Of a stretch of DNA of 64,000 nt, positions 27,868 through 38,598 are shown in pieces (within the stretch, counting starts at the first letter, position 1; each line of letters begins with the position of its first letter). The notes under the pieces were generated by a model that was given only the letters and a program-made list of their open reading frames with translations, was not told the origin of the DNA and did no database searches. The translations under genes were made by a program, and so were the position numbers. Source of the stretch: an uncultured bacterium. GTDB taxonomy: Bacteria > Acidobacteriota > Aminicenantia > Aminicenantales > CALLJL01. Location of the stretch: assembly GCA_938092135.1 (NCBI GenBank), contig CALLJL010000008.1, positions 64,019-128,018 of the forward strand, given 5' to 3'.

Positions 27868-30453
27868 TCAGCTCGGTTTAGTAAAAATAATCTCGCCCCT
27901 TTCGTTGCCATCGACAACCACGCTCTCTCCTTCTTTAAATTCTCCTTGAAGGATTTTAAATGCCAGGGGATTTTGAAGGAGCTGCTGGATTGTCCTTTTA
28001 AGTGGCCTGGCGCCATAAACTGGATCAAAACCTTTTTCGGCAAGAACCTCCTTAGCCCGTTCGGTTATTTGTAGGTTGATTTTCTTATCTTCAAGCCTCG
28101 ATTTTAGAAGATTAATCTGAATATCAACTATTTTCTTAATAACCTCTTTATCCAGGGGCTTGAAGATCACCACCTCATCAATTCGATTCAGGAATTCAGG
28201 CCGAAAAGATTGTTCAAGCAGCCGGCGAACCTCCCGCTGCATTCGCTCATAATCGTGACTGAGCTCTTTGATGAGGTGACTTCCAAGATTTGAGGTCATG
28301 ATGATTATCGTATTCCGGAAATCAACAGTTCGGCCTTTGCCGTCGGTTAGGCGACCATCATCGAGAATTTGAAGAAGAATATTAAAAACATCGGGATGGG
28401 CCTTCTCAATTTCATCCAGAAGAATGATTGAGTAGGGCCGCCTTTTAATCGCCTCAGTCAATTGACCACCCTCTTCATATCCCACGTAACCAGGAGGAGC
28501 ACCAATCAATCGGCTGACTGTATGCTTCTCCATATATTCAGACATATCCAGCCTAACCATGGCGCGTTCATCATCAAAGAGAAATTCAGCAAGAGCTCGG
28601 GCTAATTCAGTTTTACCCACACCGGTAGGTCCTAGAAAAAGAAAAGAACCAATAGGCCTAGATGAATCCTGGATACCGGCCCTCGCTCGCCTCACTGTGT
28701 CGGCCACGGCTCGCAGGGCATGATCCTGGCCAACTACCCGCTGAGCAAGCTTCTCTTCCATGCGAATCAATTTCTCGACCTCTCCCTCGAGCATTTTTGA
28801 AACCGGAATACCCGTCCATTTGGAAACAATTTCCGCTATATCCTCCTCATCGACCTCTTCTTTGATCATTTTGCCTTTCTTCTGAATTTCCGCAAGTTGA
28901 GCCGAAAGATTATCTAACTCCCGACGTAACTCAATCATGCGGCCATATCTAATTTCAGCTACCTTTTCGAGATCACCCCGGCGTTCTGCATTTTGCTCCT
29001 CAATTTTTAGAACATCAATTTGCTCTTTAAGCTTATTCATCGCCTGAATAAGTTCCTTTTCCCTCTGCCACTGACCTTTCAGGGCATCGCTTTTTTCTTT
29101 AAGTTCAGCAAGCTCCCGCTGTAACTTAGCGAGCCTTTCTTGAGAAGCTTCATCCTTTTCCTTCTTTAAAGCCTGGCGCTCTATTTCCAGCTGGCGAATT
29201 CGCCGCTCAAGTTCGTCTATTTCTTCTGGCATACTATCAATTTCAACTCTAATGCGGGCTGCAGCCTCATCAACCAAATCTATCGCCTTATCAGGAAGGT
29301 ATCTTCCAGAAATATAGCGATGAGAAAGAACAGCCGCGGCTACAAGCGCCGAATCTTTTATTTTAACTCCGTGATGCAATTCATATTTTTCTTTAAGACC
29401 CCGCAAAATAGAAATAGTTTCCTCAACGGTGGGCTCATCCACAAAGACAGGTTGGAATCGCCTCTCGAGAGCCGGATCCTTCTCAATATATTTTTTGTAT
29501 TCACTTAAAGTGGTGGCACCGATACAACGGAGCTCCCCCCGGGCCAGGGGCGGCTTAAGCATGTTAGAAGCATCGACAGCACCTTCGGCTGCCCCAGCTC
29601 CAATGATTGTATGCAACTCATCTATGAAAAGAACAATTTCTCCCTCTGCCTCTTTAATTTCCTTAAGAATAGCCTTAAGTCTATCCTCAAATTCACCGCG
29701 GTATTTTGTCCCGGCAATAAGAGCCCCAATATCAAGAGCAATGAGTCTTTTATTTTTCAGGGATTGGGGCACATCCCCGTTGGCAATTCTCTGAGCCAGT
29801 CCCTCAACGATGGCTGTTTTGCCTACCCCGGCTTCACCGATGAGCACGGGATTATTCTTAGTCCGTCGACTTAAAACCTGAATAACCCGTCTGATTTCAT
29901 CCTCCCGGCCAATGACCGGGTCAAGTTTCCCTTGACGGGCCAGATCAGTCAGATCCCGGGCATACTTTTTCAAAACTTCATATTTGCTCTCAGGTTCAGC
30001 ATCGGTAACCCGCTGAGTTCCTCTGATTTCCGCAAGGGCCCGAAGCGTCTTCTCCTCATCAACTCCATGGCTCTTAAGAATGCGGGCAATTGAGTTTGAT
30101 CCATCTTTAAGCATGGCTAGAAAAAGGTGTTCGGTCGAGATATACTCATCCTTGAGATTGGCAGCCACTTGATCAGCTTGATTTAAAATCTGTCTTAACT
30201 CAGGGGAAATATAGATTTCTCCTGCCCCCATCACCCGCGGCAGTTTATTAAGAGCCGCTTCAATTTCGTCATTAATAGCTTTAATATTGACCCCAAGTTT
30301 CTGGAGAATAGAGACGACGACATTTTCATCTTGCTGAAGAAAGCTCCAGAATAGATGCTCTGGCTTTATCTCTTGATGCCCGAGCTGCTCAGCCTTTTTC
30401 TGAGCGCTCATTAAGGCTTCCTGAGATTTGATGGTAAATTTGTCCCATCTCAT
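27868..30453 (-). CDS. clpB: ATP-dependent disaggregase ClpB
   Basis: Two AAA+ modules ([16 protein letters not shown]), middle coiled coil (DSMPEEID), GARPLKR. Start at MRWDKFT with GGAG RBS. Confidence 0.97.
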   Translation of the reverse strand: MRWDKFTIKSQEALMSAQKKAEQLGHQEIKPEHLFWSFLQQDENVVVSILQKLGVNIKAINDEIEAALNKLPRVMGAGEIYISPELRQILNQADQVAANLKDEYISTEHLFLAMLKDGSNSIARILKSHGVDEEKTLRALAEIRGTQRVTDAEPESKYEVLKKYARDLTDLARQGKLDPVIGREDEIRRVIQVLSRRTKNNPVLIGEAGVGKTAIVEGLAQRIANGDVPQSLKNKRLIALDIGALIAGTKYRGEFEDRLKAILKEIKEAEGEIVLFIDELHTIIGAGAAEGAVDASNMLKPPLARGELRCIGATTLSEYKKYIEKDPALERRFQPVFVDEPTVEETISILRGLKEKYELHHGVKIKDSALVAAAVLSHRYISGRYLPDKAIDLVDEAAARIRVEIDSMPEEIDELERRIRQLEIERQALKKEKDEASQERLAKLQRELAELKEKSDALKGQWQREKELIQAMNKLKEQIDVLKIEEQNAERRGDLEKVAEIRYGRMIELRRELDNLSAQLAEIQKKGKMIKEEVDEEDIAEIVSKWTGIPVSKMLEGEVEKLIRMEEKLAQRVVGQDHALRAVADTVRRARAGIQDSSRPIGSFLFLGPTGVGKTELARALAEFLFDDERAMVRLDMSEYMEKHTVSRLIGAPPGYVGYEEGGQLTEAIKRRPYSIILLDEIEKAHPDVFNILLQILDDGRLTDGKGRTVDFRNTIIIMTSNLGSHLIKELSHDYERMQREVRRLLEQSFRPEFLNRIDEVVIFKPLDKEVIKKIVDIQINLLKSRLEDKKINLQITERAKEVLAEKGFDPVYGARPLKRTIQQLLQNPLAFKILQGEFKEGESVVVDGNERGEIIFTKPS

Positions 30454-30575
30454 TTTTTTCTCCTTGGAAAAGGGGTAAAATTTATTAAACCGCCCTTTTT
30501 TTTGGCTGTCAAGTTTTAAAAAAATCTTCTTGACAAGAGAAAAAAAATTGATATCTATTTTTTGGAGAGTTAACC

Positions 30576-30908
30576 ATGGAAGAAATCGAAATTTCAAGCT
30601 GGCTAACCTTAGATGCTATTAAGAAAAAAGCAGACGTGGTGGAAACCGTAGGGAACCTCCAGACCGGCCACAGCATGTCAGTTTTCTGTATCATCGAGGA
30701 TGATTATCTTGAGCTCTATTACAGTGATTCCGGACCTAACTATCTGCGCCGCTTTGAAGACATGGATGAAATGGAAAAAGCTATTGAGGAAAGAAAGGAA
30801 GAGGTTGGTGAGGCTCCCTACGATGAAGACCTGGATTTTAACGAAGAATATGAGGAGGAAGAAGAGGAAGAGGAATTTGATTTTGAAGACGAATCGGAGA
30901 ATTATTGA
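30576..30908 (+). CDS. Hypothetical very acidic protein
   Basis: GGAGAG RBS, 110 aa, Glu/Asp-rich tail; divergent from clpB. Confidence 0.75.
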   Translation: MEEIEISSWLTLDAIKKKADVVETVGNLQTGHSMSVFCIIEDDYLELYYSDSGPNYLRRFEDMDEMEKAIEERKEEVGEAPYDEDLDFNEEYEEEEEEEEFDFEDESENY

Positions 30909-30933
30909 TTTTCGGCCGAAAAGTTAATTGGCC

Positions 30934-33570
30934 CTAAATCTTGCGTTGAAGTTTATTTTTCCAATGATGGAGCCATTCCAGGGCTTCAAGAGGGGTCAAA
31001 CGATCAAGATCTTGAGAAATTAAGTTTTCTTCTAATTCTTCAAGTAACTGTCTTTTTTGATCTTCCGAGAAAAGCCAGAGTTGTTCCTTTTGACCGCTTC
31101 GGAGTCGCCGGTGACCCAATCTTGGCTGGCCCGAAGAGTCAATTGCCTTTCTTTCCAGGTTAAACAGAATCTCCTTAGCTCGAGCAATGACCGAAGGTGG
31201 AACACCTGCTAGTTTGGCCACATGCAAGCCATAGCTTTGATCCGTGGGCCCTGGAGCGACTTTCCTTAGAAAAACAACCTCACCCTTATATTCCTTAACC
31301 ATTACATGATAATTCTTAACCCGCCTTAATGCTAGCTCCAGCTCAGTGAGTTCGTGATAATGAGTGGCAAAAAGGGTTTTTGGTCTTGTTTCCTCATGGT
31401 CATGGAGATATTCAACCACAGCCCAGGCAATACTCAGTCCATCAAAGGTGCTTGTTCCCCGACCGATTTCATCAAGGAGAACAAGGCTTCGGGGAGTCGC
31501 ATGATGCAAAATATTCGCCGTTTCTATCATTTCGACCATAAAAGTTGATTGTCCTAAGCTTAAATAGTCTGTGGCCCCGATCCGAGTAAAAATACGATCA
31601 ATAAGGCCGATTTTGGCCTCAGAGGCTGGAACAAAAGATCCCATCTGGGCCATGATACAAATTAGGGCTATTTGTCTGATATAGGTAGATTTTCCGCCCA
31701 TATTAGGCCCAGTAATGATTAAAATCTGCCTCTCCTCCCTGTCCATCTCCACATCATTGGGAACAAAAGGCTCAGCCATCGTCTTCTCAATAATCGGATG
31801 ACGACCATTTTTAATCCAAAGGCGATCACTATCGTTAACTTCAGGTCGAACATACCGTCTTTCGACGGCAAGCTGAGCTAGGGAGGAGAAAACATCGAGC
31901 TCGGCTAGTCGCCGGGCGATTTTCCTTAGACGGGATGCTTCTTCGGCTACCTTTTCCCTGACTTCAAGAAATAACTGATTTTCCAGCTCCCGGATTCTTT
32001 CCTCAGCTGAAAGAACCTTTTCTTCATACTCCTTGAGTTCTGGCGTAATAAACCTTTCAGAATTGACCAGGGTCTGCTTACGAATATAATCAGGAGGAAC
32101 AAGAGGAATATTAGGTTTGGTAATTTCAATGAAATAGCCAAAAACTTGGTTGTAGCGGACTTTAAGGGAAGCAATACCCGTCCTTTCCCTTTCTCTTTTT
32201 TCCAGATTAGCAATGAAAGCTTTGCCCGAATGGCTAATCTGCCTTAGCTCGTCAAGCTCCGAGGAATACCCCTCTTTAATTATGCCGCCTTGATCAATAA
32301 TAGTGGCTGGCTCTTCCAATATGGATTTATCAATGAGGTTGGCTATTTCAGTGGCTTCATCCCATTGATTCTTGATCTCCCTAATCCACATTGAATTCAA
32401 GGGCTCAAGGAGTTTTCTGATTTCAGGTAACAGCCAAAGAGATTTTTTAAGAGAGATTAAATCCCTGGGATTAGCGACTCCGAGAGATATTTTACCCGTG
32501 AGCCTTTCAAGATCACCTACCTGCTTCAATAATTTTCTCAGCTCCTGACGTTCAATGGTGTGATGGTAAAAATCTTCGACAACATCCTGACGTTGCCGAA
32601 TTTGTTCACAATTGAGCAGAGGTTCGAGAAGCCATGAGCGCAGTAATCGGGCGCCAGCAGCTGTAACCGTCATATCCATTACATCGAGAAGAGAATCCTT
32701 TTCTCGGCCGTCTCTTATATTTCTAATAAGTTCAAGATTTCTGATAGCCGTAGAATCAAGAATCATAAATTCACTGATTTCATAGCTCGATACACCTTCG
32801 ATGGAGCGAAGTGATTCGGGCCTTAGGGTTCTCAGATAATGGAGGAGGGCACCTGAGGCTCTAATTGCCAGACCTTTACCTTCAAGGCCAAAACCCTCAA
32901 GGGATTCGACGCTAAAATGAGAAAAAAGGAGGGAGCGAGCGTGAGCCAGGTCAAAAATCCAGTCTTCGATAGGGCTTATGGTGATAGCGTTCTGAAGCGA
33001 GGCCTTAATAAGAGAAACAATTTCCTTTTCCTGATCTAGGGGACAGATAATTTCCCGAGGCGAAAAACGGAAAATTTCATCAATTAGCCTTTCCCTTGAC
33101 TTTTCTTTCTTCTGGGTAGCTTTGATCCGGCCGCCAATCATATCAAGAATTGCCAGCCCCCAGCTTTCCTCCTCAACAAAAAGACTCATCAAAACTACCC
33201 CATCCCTGGGTCCTTCAGGCTCAACTTCAAGAGCTGTTCCAGGCGTCAAAACTCTAACCACTTCTCTTTTAACCACTCCTTTGGCCAGCTTAGGGTCCTC
33301 CACCTGTTCGCAAATAGCCACTCGATATCCATGCCGCAACAATTTGTTTAGATAGCTCTGAACTGCGTGATAGGGAACTCCACACATGGGCACCTTCTGT
33401 CGCGATGTTAGGGCAATATCGAGAATTGAAGCCGCTACTTTAGCATCTTCATAAAAGAGCTCAAAAAAATCCCCTAGCCGGAAAAGGAGAAGACAATCTT
33501 GATATTGTTTCTTAATCTGCAGGTATTGCTGCATCATCGGGGTGATTAAATTTTCCCTTTGCTCTGTCAT
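30934..33570 (-). CDS. mutS: DNA mismatch repair protein MutS
   Basis: TPMMQQY, FRLGDFFELF, CGVP.H, TGPNMGGKST, STFMVEM, DEIGRGTST, SYGLHVAKLAG. Start moved to ATG 33570. Confidence 0.97.
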   Translation of the reverse strand: MTEQRENLITPMMQQYLQIKKQYQDCLLLFRLGDFFELFYEDAKVAASILDIALTSRQKVPMCGVPYHAVQSYLNKLLRHGYRVAICEQVEDPKLAKGVVKREVVRVLTPGTALEVEPEGPRDGVVLMSLFVEEESWGLAILDMIGGRIKATQKKEKSRERLIDEIFRFSPREIICPLDQEKEIVSLIKASLQNAITISPIEDWIFDLAHARSLLFSHFSVESLEGFGLEGKGLAIRASGALLHYLRTLRPESLRSIEGVSSYEISEFMILDSTAIRNLELIRNIRDGREKDSLLDVMDMTVTAAGARLLRSWLLEPLLNCEQIRQRQDVVEDFYHHTIERQELRKLLKQVGDLERLTGKISLGVANPRDLISLKKSLWLLPEIRKLLEPLNSMWIREIKNQWDEATEIANLIDKSILEEPATIIDQGGIIKEGYSSELDELRQISHSGKAFIANLEKRERERTGIASLKVRYNQVFGYFIEITKPNIPLVPPDYIRKQTLVNSERFITPELKEYEEKVLSAEERIRELENQLFLEVREKVAEEASRLRKIARRLAELDVFSSLAQLAVERRYVRPEVNDSDRLWIKNGRHPIIEKTMAEPFVPNDVEMDREERQILIITGPNMGGKSTYIRQIALICIMAQMGSFVPASEAKIGLIDRIFTRIGATDYLSLGQSTFMVEMIETANILHHATPRSLVLLDEIGRGTSTFDGLSIAWAVVEYLHDHEETRPKTLFATHYHELTELELALRRVKNYHVMVKEYKGEVVFLRKVAPGPTDQSYGLHVAKLAGVPPSVIARAKEILFNLERKAIDSSGQPRLGHRRLRSGQKEQLWLFSEDQKRQLLEELEENLISQDLDRLTPLEALEWLHHWKNKLQRKI

Positions 33571-33577
33571 GTCTTCA

Positions 33578-33606
33578 ACTATAGCCCCACTCCTGGCTAT
33601 TTTCAA
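33578..33606 (-). promoter_or_regulatory. sigma70 promoter of mutS (leaderless geometry)
   Basis: TTGAAA-17 bp-TATAGT-7 nt-ATG. Confidence 0.7.
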
Positions 33607-33702
33607 TATCTCATATCTTAAAGGCCCGGAGGCCTCCTTTCCCTGTGGCTTTTTCTAACTTTAATTATTTTCTTTTGAAGTTCAGAGGGAAGAAGGCCTT
33701 TC

Positions 33703-33731
33703 TTGACAGCCATAAACAGGTAAATTATCCT
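33703..33731 (+). promoter_or_regulatory. sigma70 promoter of pgsA (near-leaderless)
   Basis: TTGACA-17 bp-TATCCT-9 nt-ATG. Confidence 0.7.
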
Positions 33732-33740
33732 TCTTAGGTT

Positions 33741-34280
33741 ATGAATTTCCCTAATTTTTTAACTTTTCTACGAATCCTTTCTATTCCTGCCCTTGTGGTC
33801 ACTCTTTTGATTTCCTTTCCCAAACAAACATGGTTTGCCTTTGCTCTATGGTGTCTCGCAACCTTTACTGATACTCTCGATGGCTATTTAGCCCGCCGGC
33901 GCAAGCAGGTGACCATTCTCGGCCAGCTTCTTGATCCCATTGCTGATAAACTTCTTATCATATCTGCTTTTATCTGTTTGGTTCAGCTCGGACGCGTTCC
34001 GGCTTGGATGGCTATTATTATCATTGGTCGCGAGTTTGCTGTTACTGGCTTGCGAGCTATTGCCTCTTCTCAGGGCTTGCATATCAAAGCCTCAAGGCTA
34101 GGAAAGGCTAAAATGATTTTGGAAACAATTACCGTTGCCCTGATAATTTTAGGCCGAGAAATAATGGGGCGCTTTTATTTTATAGCGACCCTCGGCCTTT
34201 GGGCTGTCGTTCTGGTTTCGATTATTTCAGCCCTTGAATATGGCTGGCGTTATATTCCCAGGCTTTCAAGCCAGATTTGA
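33741..34280 (+). CDS. pgsA: CDP-diacylglycerol--glycerol-3-phosphate 3-phosphatidyltransferase
   Basis: PN.LT..R, TD.LDGYLAR....T..G..LDP.ADK, REFAVTGLR, GK.K. Confidence 0.93.
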   Translation: MNFPNFLTFLRILSIPALVVTLLISFPKQTWFAFALWCLATFTDTLDGYLARRRKQVTILGQLLDPIADKLLIISAFICLVQLGRVPAWMAIIIIGREFAVTGLRAIASSQGLHIKASRLGKAKMILETITVALIILGREIMGRFYFIATLGLWAVVLVSIISALEYGWRYIPRLSSQI

Positions 34281-35198
34281 AATTTCCTCTTTCGTCTTTA
34301 TGAGAGATTCAGGATTCTCGACAGAATAGATAACCACAGGTCTTCCCCATGTTCTAACAATTCTTTTCATTAGATTGGAAAGAACCTTGCCCGCTCCAAC
34401 CTCTACAATGATATCGACTCCTTCTTCTCTGAGAACCTCCATGCTTTTCCACCAGAGAACAGGCCGGCTAACCTGTCGCTTCAAGGCATCCAGTGCTTCT
34501 TCAGCTCGATAAATGAGCCGGGCATCAACATTGGTAATGATGGGAAATTTCAAATCCCTAAATTTCGTCTTTTCTAGCTCAAGAGTCAGCTTGATTTCGG
34601 CCGGCTTCATTAAACTCGTATGAAAGGGGGCACTTACCGGCAAAAATACAAAGCGAGGGGGCTTTAATTTTTCAATGGCCCTTTCCACCGCCTTTTTATG
34701 GCCAGCAATAACAATTTGCTCCTGACTGTTCCAGTTAGCTACTTCGACGATTCCATCTTCTATATCTTTCAAAACTGAGGCCACAGTTTCGAAGGGCAAG
34801 CCTAACACCGCAGCCATAGCCCCCTCACCCACCGGCACAGCTTCCTGCATATATTCTCCCCTTTTGCGAACCAAAAGAAGGGCTTCGGAAAAGTCTAAAG
34901 CTCCTGAGGCCACTAAGGCTGAATATTCCCCCAAGCTATGACCACAGGCAATGGCTGGCTCAATTCCAAGCAATTTATAGGCAATAAAACTTACAGTTAG
35001 CAGAGCTGGCTGGGTATTGGCTGTCAGTCTGAGCTCTTCTTCCGGGCCTTCAAAACACAAACGAGAAAGAGAAAAACCTAGAACCTCATCAGCTAAGGTA
35101 AAAACTTCTTTAGCCTTTTCAAATTGGTCATAAAATTCTTTTCCCATGCCGACATATTGCGAACCCTGTCCTGGAAATAGAAAAGCTATTCGGGCCAT
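34266..35198 (-). CDS. fabD: Malonyl-CoA:ACP transacylase
   Basis: FPGQGSQ, TQPA, GHSLGEY, VSAPFH. Confidence 0.97.
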   Translation of the reverse strand: MARIAFLFPGQGSQYVGMGKEFYDQFEKAKEVFTLADEVLGFSLSRLCFEGPEEELRLTANTQPALLTVSFIAYKLLGIEPAIACGHSLGEYSALVASGALDFSEALLLVRKRGEYMQEAVPVGEGAMAAVLGLPFETVASVLKDIEDGIVEVANWNSQEQIVIAGHKKAVERAIEKLKPPRFVFLPVSAPFHTSLMKPAEIKLTLELEKTKFRDLKFPIITNVDARLIYRAEEALDALKRQVSRPVLWWKSMEVLREEGVDIIVEVGAGKVLSNLMKRIVRTWGRPVVIYSVENPESLIKTKEEISNLA

Positions 35199-35851
35199 TT
35201 CTCCTCACCTTCTAAAATCTTAAGGCAGGATTTATTTATATTTATTAAGGCTCGATCTTTCAATCCCTTTATCCAGATAATTACCTGCTCTCTGATTTTA
35301 TCCTGACGAATTTTACTCTCAATTTCTCCGATCACTTCCACAAGCGGCCGGACCTCCTCTTTTCTCGCTTTCTGATCAGCTACATATTTCTCAAAATAAT
35401 AATTTTCAATTTCCTTCAAGGTAACGCCTATTTGCAGGCTTGTTCTAAGAGCCAACATCTTTTCATAAAGCAATTTCTCCCGCAGATAAATCTCTAAGTC
35501 GTTTAAAGATAAACCATAGGCCTTCATTTTTTCCATCACCCTTTCTTCGCCCATCAATTTAAAAAGATTATCAAAAGCCTGAAGGATTTCGTCTTGATTA
35601 AGGCTAATTTCTTTTCTGGCTTCTCTAGCCACAAGCTTCATTTCAATTATCTTTTCCAAAATTTCCTCAGATTTAAAATTTTTTTGGGCTATTAGTATAA
35701 ATTCTCTATAAATTTTTATATCCAAAAGGGTAATTATCTCACGATCAACAGTGGCCGCTAAGCAATCGACGATTTTTTGTTTATCAGAATTCAAAAAAAC
35801 AGGCAAAAGCAAGATAAATAAAAAAAATAAGAGGGGTATCTTTTTCTTCAT
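35186..35851 (-). CDS. SurA N-terminal-domain-like periplasmic chaperone (no parvulin domain)
   Basis: Signal peptide, VD.LAA.V..EIIT..D, VT.KEI..YY, W...L...A.I; adjacent to an Omp85 gene. Confidence 0.6.
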   Translation of the reverse strand: MKKKIPLLFFLFILLLPVFLNSDKQKIVDCLAATVDREIITLLDIKIYREFILIAQKNFKSEEILEKIIEMKLVAREARKEISLNQDEILQAFDNLFKLMGEERVMEKMKAYGLSLNDLEIYLREKLLYEKMLALRTSLQIGVTLKEIENYYFEKYVADQKARKEEVRPLVEVIGEIESKIRQDKIREQVIIWIKGLKDRALININKSCLKILEGEEKWPE

Positions 35852-35855
35852 TACA

Positions 35856-38594
35856 TTAGAAGATTTGTCCGATAGTTATGAAAAGGAGAGGCCGGGCTTT
35901 CCTCTCCGAAATATTCCAGCCCAACTCAAGCCGCAAAGGTCCAAGGGGAGTTCGATATCGAAGACCAAAGCCAAGGGCATGCTCTAAAGAAGCTAGATTA
36001 AATTGACTTCGTTTACTAAAAACATTGCCCAGGTCATAAAAAATTGCTGCCTTCATCTCGGGAAAGGAAGCAATAAAGGGAAAACTTAATTCCAAATTAA
36101 ATAGGACCAAAGCTTTGCCCCCCACCGGCTTCTGGGAAGAAGGATCTTTTGGGCCAAGCTCGTCGAATTGTTGACCCCGAAAAGAATTGCTGCCACCAGC
36201 AAAAAATCTTTCATGAATTGGCATCCGGCCGCGACCCAATCCCAAACGAAAAGTCCCAGAAAGATTCCACCTTGCTGCGGGCGAATAAAAGCGCTGATAT
36301 TTAAAAAAAGCTTTCAAAAAGTCCGCTTCTGAGCCAAATAAGGGAAAGGCCCACTCAAAAACTCCCGAGGCAAAATATCCCCTTTCCGGATTAAAAGTAT
36401 CATCACGGCGATCATGGATGAGACTGATTGAACAAGAGGTCGAGGAAAAGGGGAAAAACTGGCGATCAACTTCCGATTCGGTGATTTCAAGATGGGTAAG
36501 AACGGTCCGAGCGTATCTTAAAGTTAAAATGGTCATAAGATCGCCTTTCAAAGCCTTGATGCCGGTGAGACTCAAGCCGCGCCGGTCAAAACCGAAGCTG
36601 ATCCTCTCTTCCCTTTCTAACCACATATTCATGTAGCCTCGGATTGGCAATCCAAAGAAATAAGGTTGTTCCCAGGATACAACGCCTCTCGTTTCTTTTA
36701 GACTCATCTGACTAATAAAACTAAGCTGGGAGGCATCGCCAAAAAGATTGCTCCGGACAATTTCAGCTGTGCCTCGCAAACGGAGGACATTATTCCAGAT
36801 TTCAAAACTACGGGGTTCATTTCTCGTCTCAAGACCTATTCCTACACTGGCTAAACTTCTTTCACCTTCAGACAGACGGAAGACCAGAACGAGCTCATCT
36901 TTAGAGACTGGCACTTCTTCAACCTGAACTGAGGTAAATACCCGCAGTCGCTCCAGATTTCTCTTGGACTCCTCGATTAGGGAAGAACTGGCCCAATCTC
37001 CTTCTTTAATCCTCAGTTCTTTCAAAATCGTTGCTTCCTTAGTTATAAGCGCTCCAGTGAAAAAAATCTGGCGAATTCGGTAACGCTCGCCTTCCTTTAT
37101 CTCATAAACGAGGGAATAACTTCCTAGCGTTGACTCGATTTCTTTAACCTCAACGGAAGTTCCTCTGAATCCTTGCTGATGAAAAAACTCAACTATTTTT
37201 TGGCCAGCAATTTTTATTCGAGGCGGATAATAGGGATCCCCTGGTTTTAGATCAATTACTTTTCTTAGAATTTCTTCGGAAAAAAACAATTTTGGTTCAA
37301 ACCTAACCGAAACTATTTTCTCTTGAGGCCCCTCATGGATGTAAAGATGAGCCAGGGCTCTTTTCCCCTTTGACTCTAGTCCTAAAAAAACACGGGCTTC
37401 AGGGAAACCCCTCATCTGGTAGAAAGCTTCAAGTTTTCGCGGGAGTTCATAAAGCTTTTCACCATCGATGATCTCAGTTAATAAGGCCCGGGCTGGAAGA
37501 CCAAGGGCAAGACGAAGTTCCTTATCTTGAAAACTTTTATTTCCTGAAAAAACAATTGCAACTATAGACTGTTGTGGGCCTCTCTCTATGTTGTAGGTAA
37601 CCTGAATAAAGTTATCTTGTTTAAAGAATTGCCCCCTGACCTGGGCCCGTAGGTAACCTTTTCGTCTTAAATACCGGAGAAGACGAGCTTCTCCCTCACT
37701 TAAAGCCCACTCCTCAAAAAATCTCTCTTCCCATAGGGGAATAACCAAATCCTTAGGCACCTGGGCGCCTTTGATTTCAATGACAATATTTTCATAAAGC
37801 CTTGGTTCTATCTCGATATCGGCGACTTCCCTTTCTCGGTCAACCGAAACTAACCAGTTGACTTCAGCTCGCAAAAACCCCCGACGTCGCAGCCGCTGCT
37901 GCAGAGCCAGGCAAAGAGACTGCAGTCTTCGGGGATTATATTCGTCGCCGGGAGAAAAATTAATGATTTTCTTTTCTTTTTGATTTAATTCCTCGACTTG
38001 GCCTTTCCATTGAATCTGTCGAATCTTCAATCTTTCTCCAGGGTTTATTTTCCAGATAAGATCGATAAAGCTGCTCGCTTTTCTGACTATTTCAACCTCT
38101 ATTTCAGGTTCAAAAAAGCCTTCTTGGTGGAGAAAACGGATTATTTCAGATCGGGCTGCGCTTAAAAGATTCTCATTAAATGCTTCACCTTGCCTTAAAG
38201 CCTTGACTTCAGCTTCTATCATCTCCGACCTTAAACCTTTTTTCACCAGGTAAAAAGATTGACGTAAATAAAGCTGCCTTTCCAGGGAAAAGGTTAGATC
38301 AATGGGATTGACTCCTTTTTGAAAAACTAAGATCTGTGAAAAAAGACCGGTAAAATAGAGATTTTGAATAGCCCGTCGAACCAAAAGAGGAGAAAATTTA
38401 TCCCCTCTCTGGAGAGGAACTAAATTTCCGAATTTAGCCGGCGCAGCTTCACCATCGATGAGAATTTCAATTTCGCCAATAATTGGCGTTTCCTTTTCCT
38501 GAGCATAAACCAAATTAACCAAAGCCACTATTAGAAACAATAGAAAAAAGAAATCTGTTTTTCTGTTTAAAAGATTCATCTCTTTTACCACCAA
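35856..38594 (-). CDS. tamA: Omp85-family (TamA/BamA-like) outer-membrane protein with multiple POTRA domains
   Basis: Repeated POTRA patterns (GFLRAEV, I.F.GN, GF...V), ERFFAGGSNSFRG, GFGLRYRTPLGPLR, C-terminal IGQIF; follows tamB. Confidence 0.8.
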   Translation of the reverse strand: MVVKEMNLLNRKTDFFFLLFLIVALVNLVYAQEKETPIIGEIEILIDGEAAPAKFGNLVPLQRGDKFSPLLVRRAIQNLYFTGLFSQILVFQKGVNPIDLTFSLERQLYLRQSFYLVKKGLRSEMIEAEVKALRQGEAFNENLLSAARSEIIRFLHQEGFFEPEIEVEIVRKASSFIDLIWKINPGERLKIRQIQWKGQVEELNQKEKKIINFSPGDEYNPRRLQSLCLALQQRLRRRGFLRAEVNWLVSVDREREVADIEIEPRLYENIVIEIKGAQVPKDLVIPLWEERFFEEWALSEGEARLLRYLRRKGYLRAQVRGQFFKQDNFIQVTYNIERGPQQSIVAIVFSGNKSFQDKELRLALGLPARALLTEIIDGEKLYELPRKLEAFYQMRGFPEARVFLGLESKGKRALAHLYIHEGPQEKIVSVRFEPKLFFSEEILRKVIDLKPGDPYYPPRIKIAGQKIVEFFHQQGFRGTSVEVKEIESTLGSYSLVYEIKEGERYRIRQIFFTGALITKEATILKELRIKEGDWASSSLIEESKRNLERLRVFTSVQVEEVPVSKDELVLVFRLSEGERSLASVGIGLETRNEPRSFEIWNNVLRLRGTAEIVRSNLFGDASQLSFISQMSLKETRGVVSWEQPYFFGLPIRGYMNMWLEREERISFGFDRRGLSLTGIKALKGDLMTILTLRYARTVLTHLEITESEVDRQFFPFSSTSCSISLIHDRRDDTFNPERGYFASGVFEWAFPLFGSEADFLKAFFKYQRFYSPAARWNLSGTFRLGLGRGRMPIHERFFAGGSNSFRGQQFDELGPKDPSSQKPVGGKALVLFNLELSFPFIASFPEMKAAIFYDLGNVFSKRSQFNLASLEHALGFGLRYRTPLGPLRLELGWNISERKARPLLFITIGQIF

Positions 38595-38598
38595 ATCC

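Noticed and set aside
30454..30597. 48-aa N-terminal extension of ClpB in the ORF track; CIRCE operator
   Set aside because: The extension spans the promoter region and overlaps the divergent gene, and an RBS precedes ATG 30453. No TTAGCACTC-N9-GAGTGCTAA is present.
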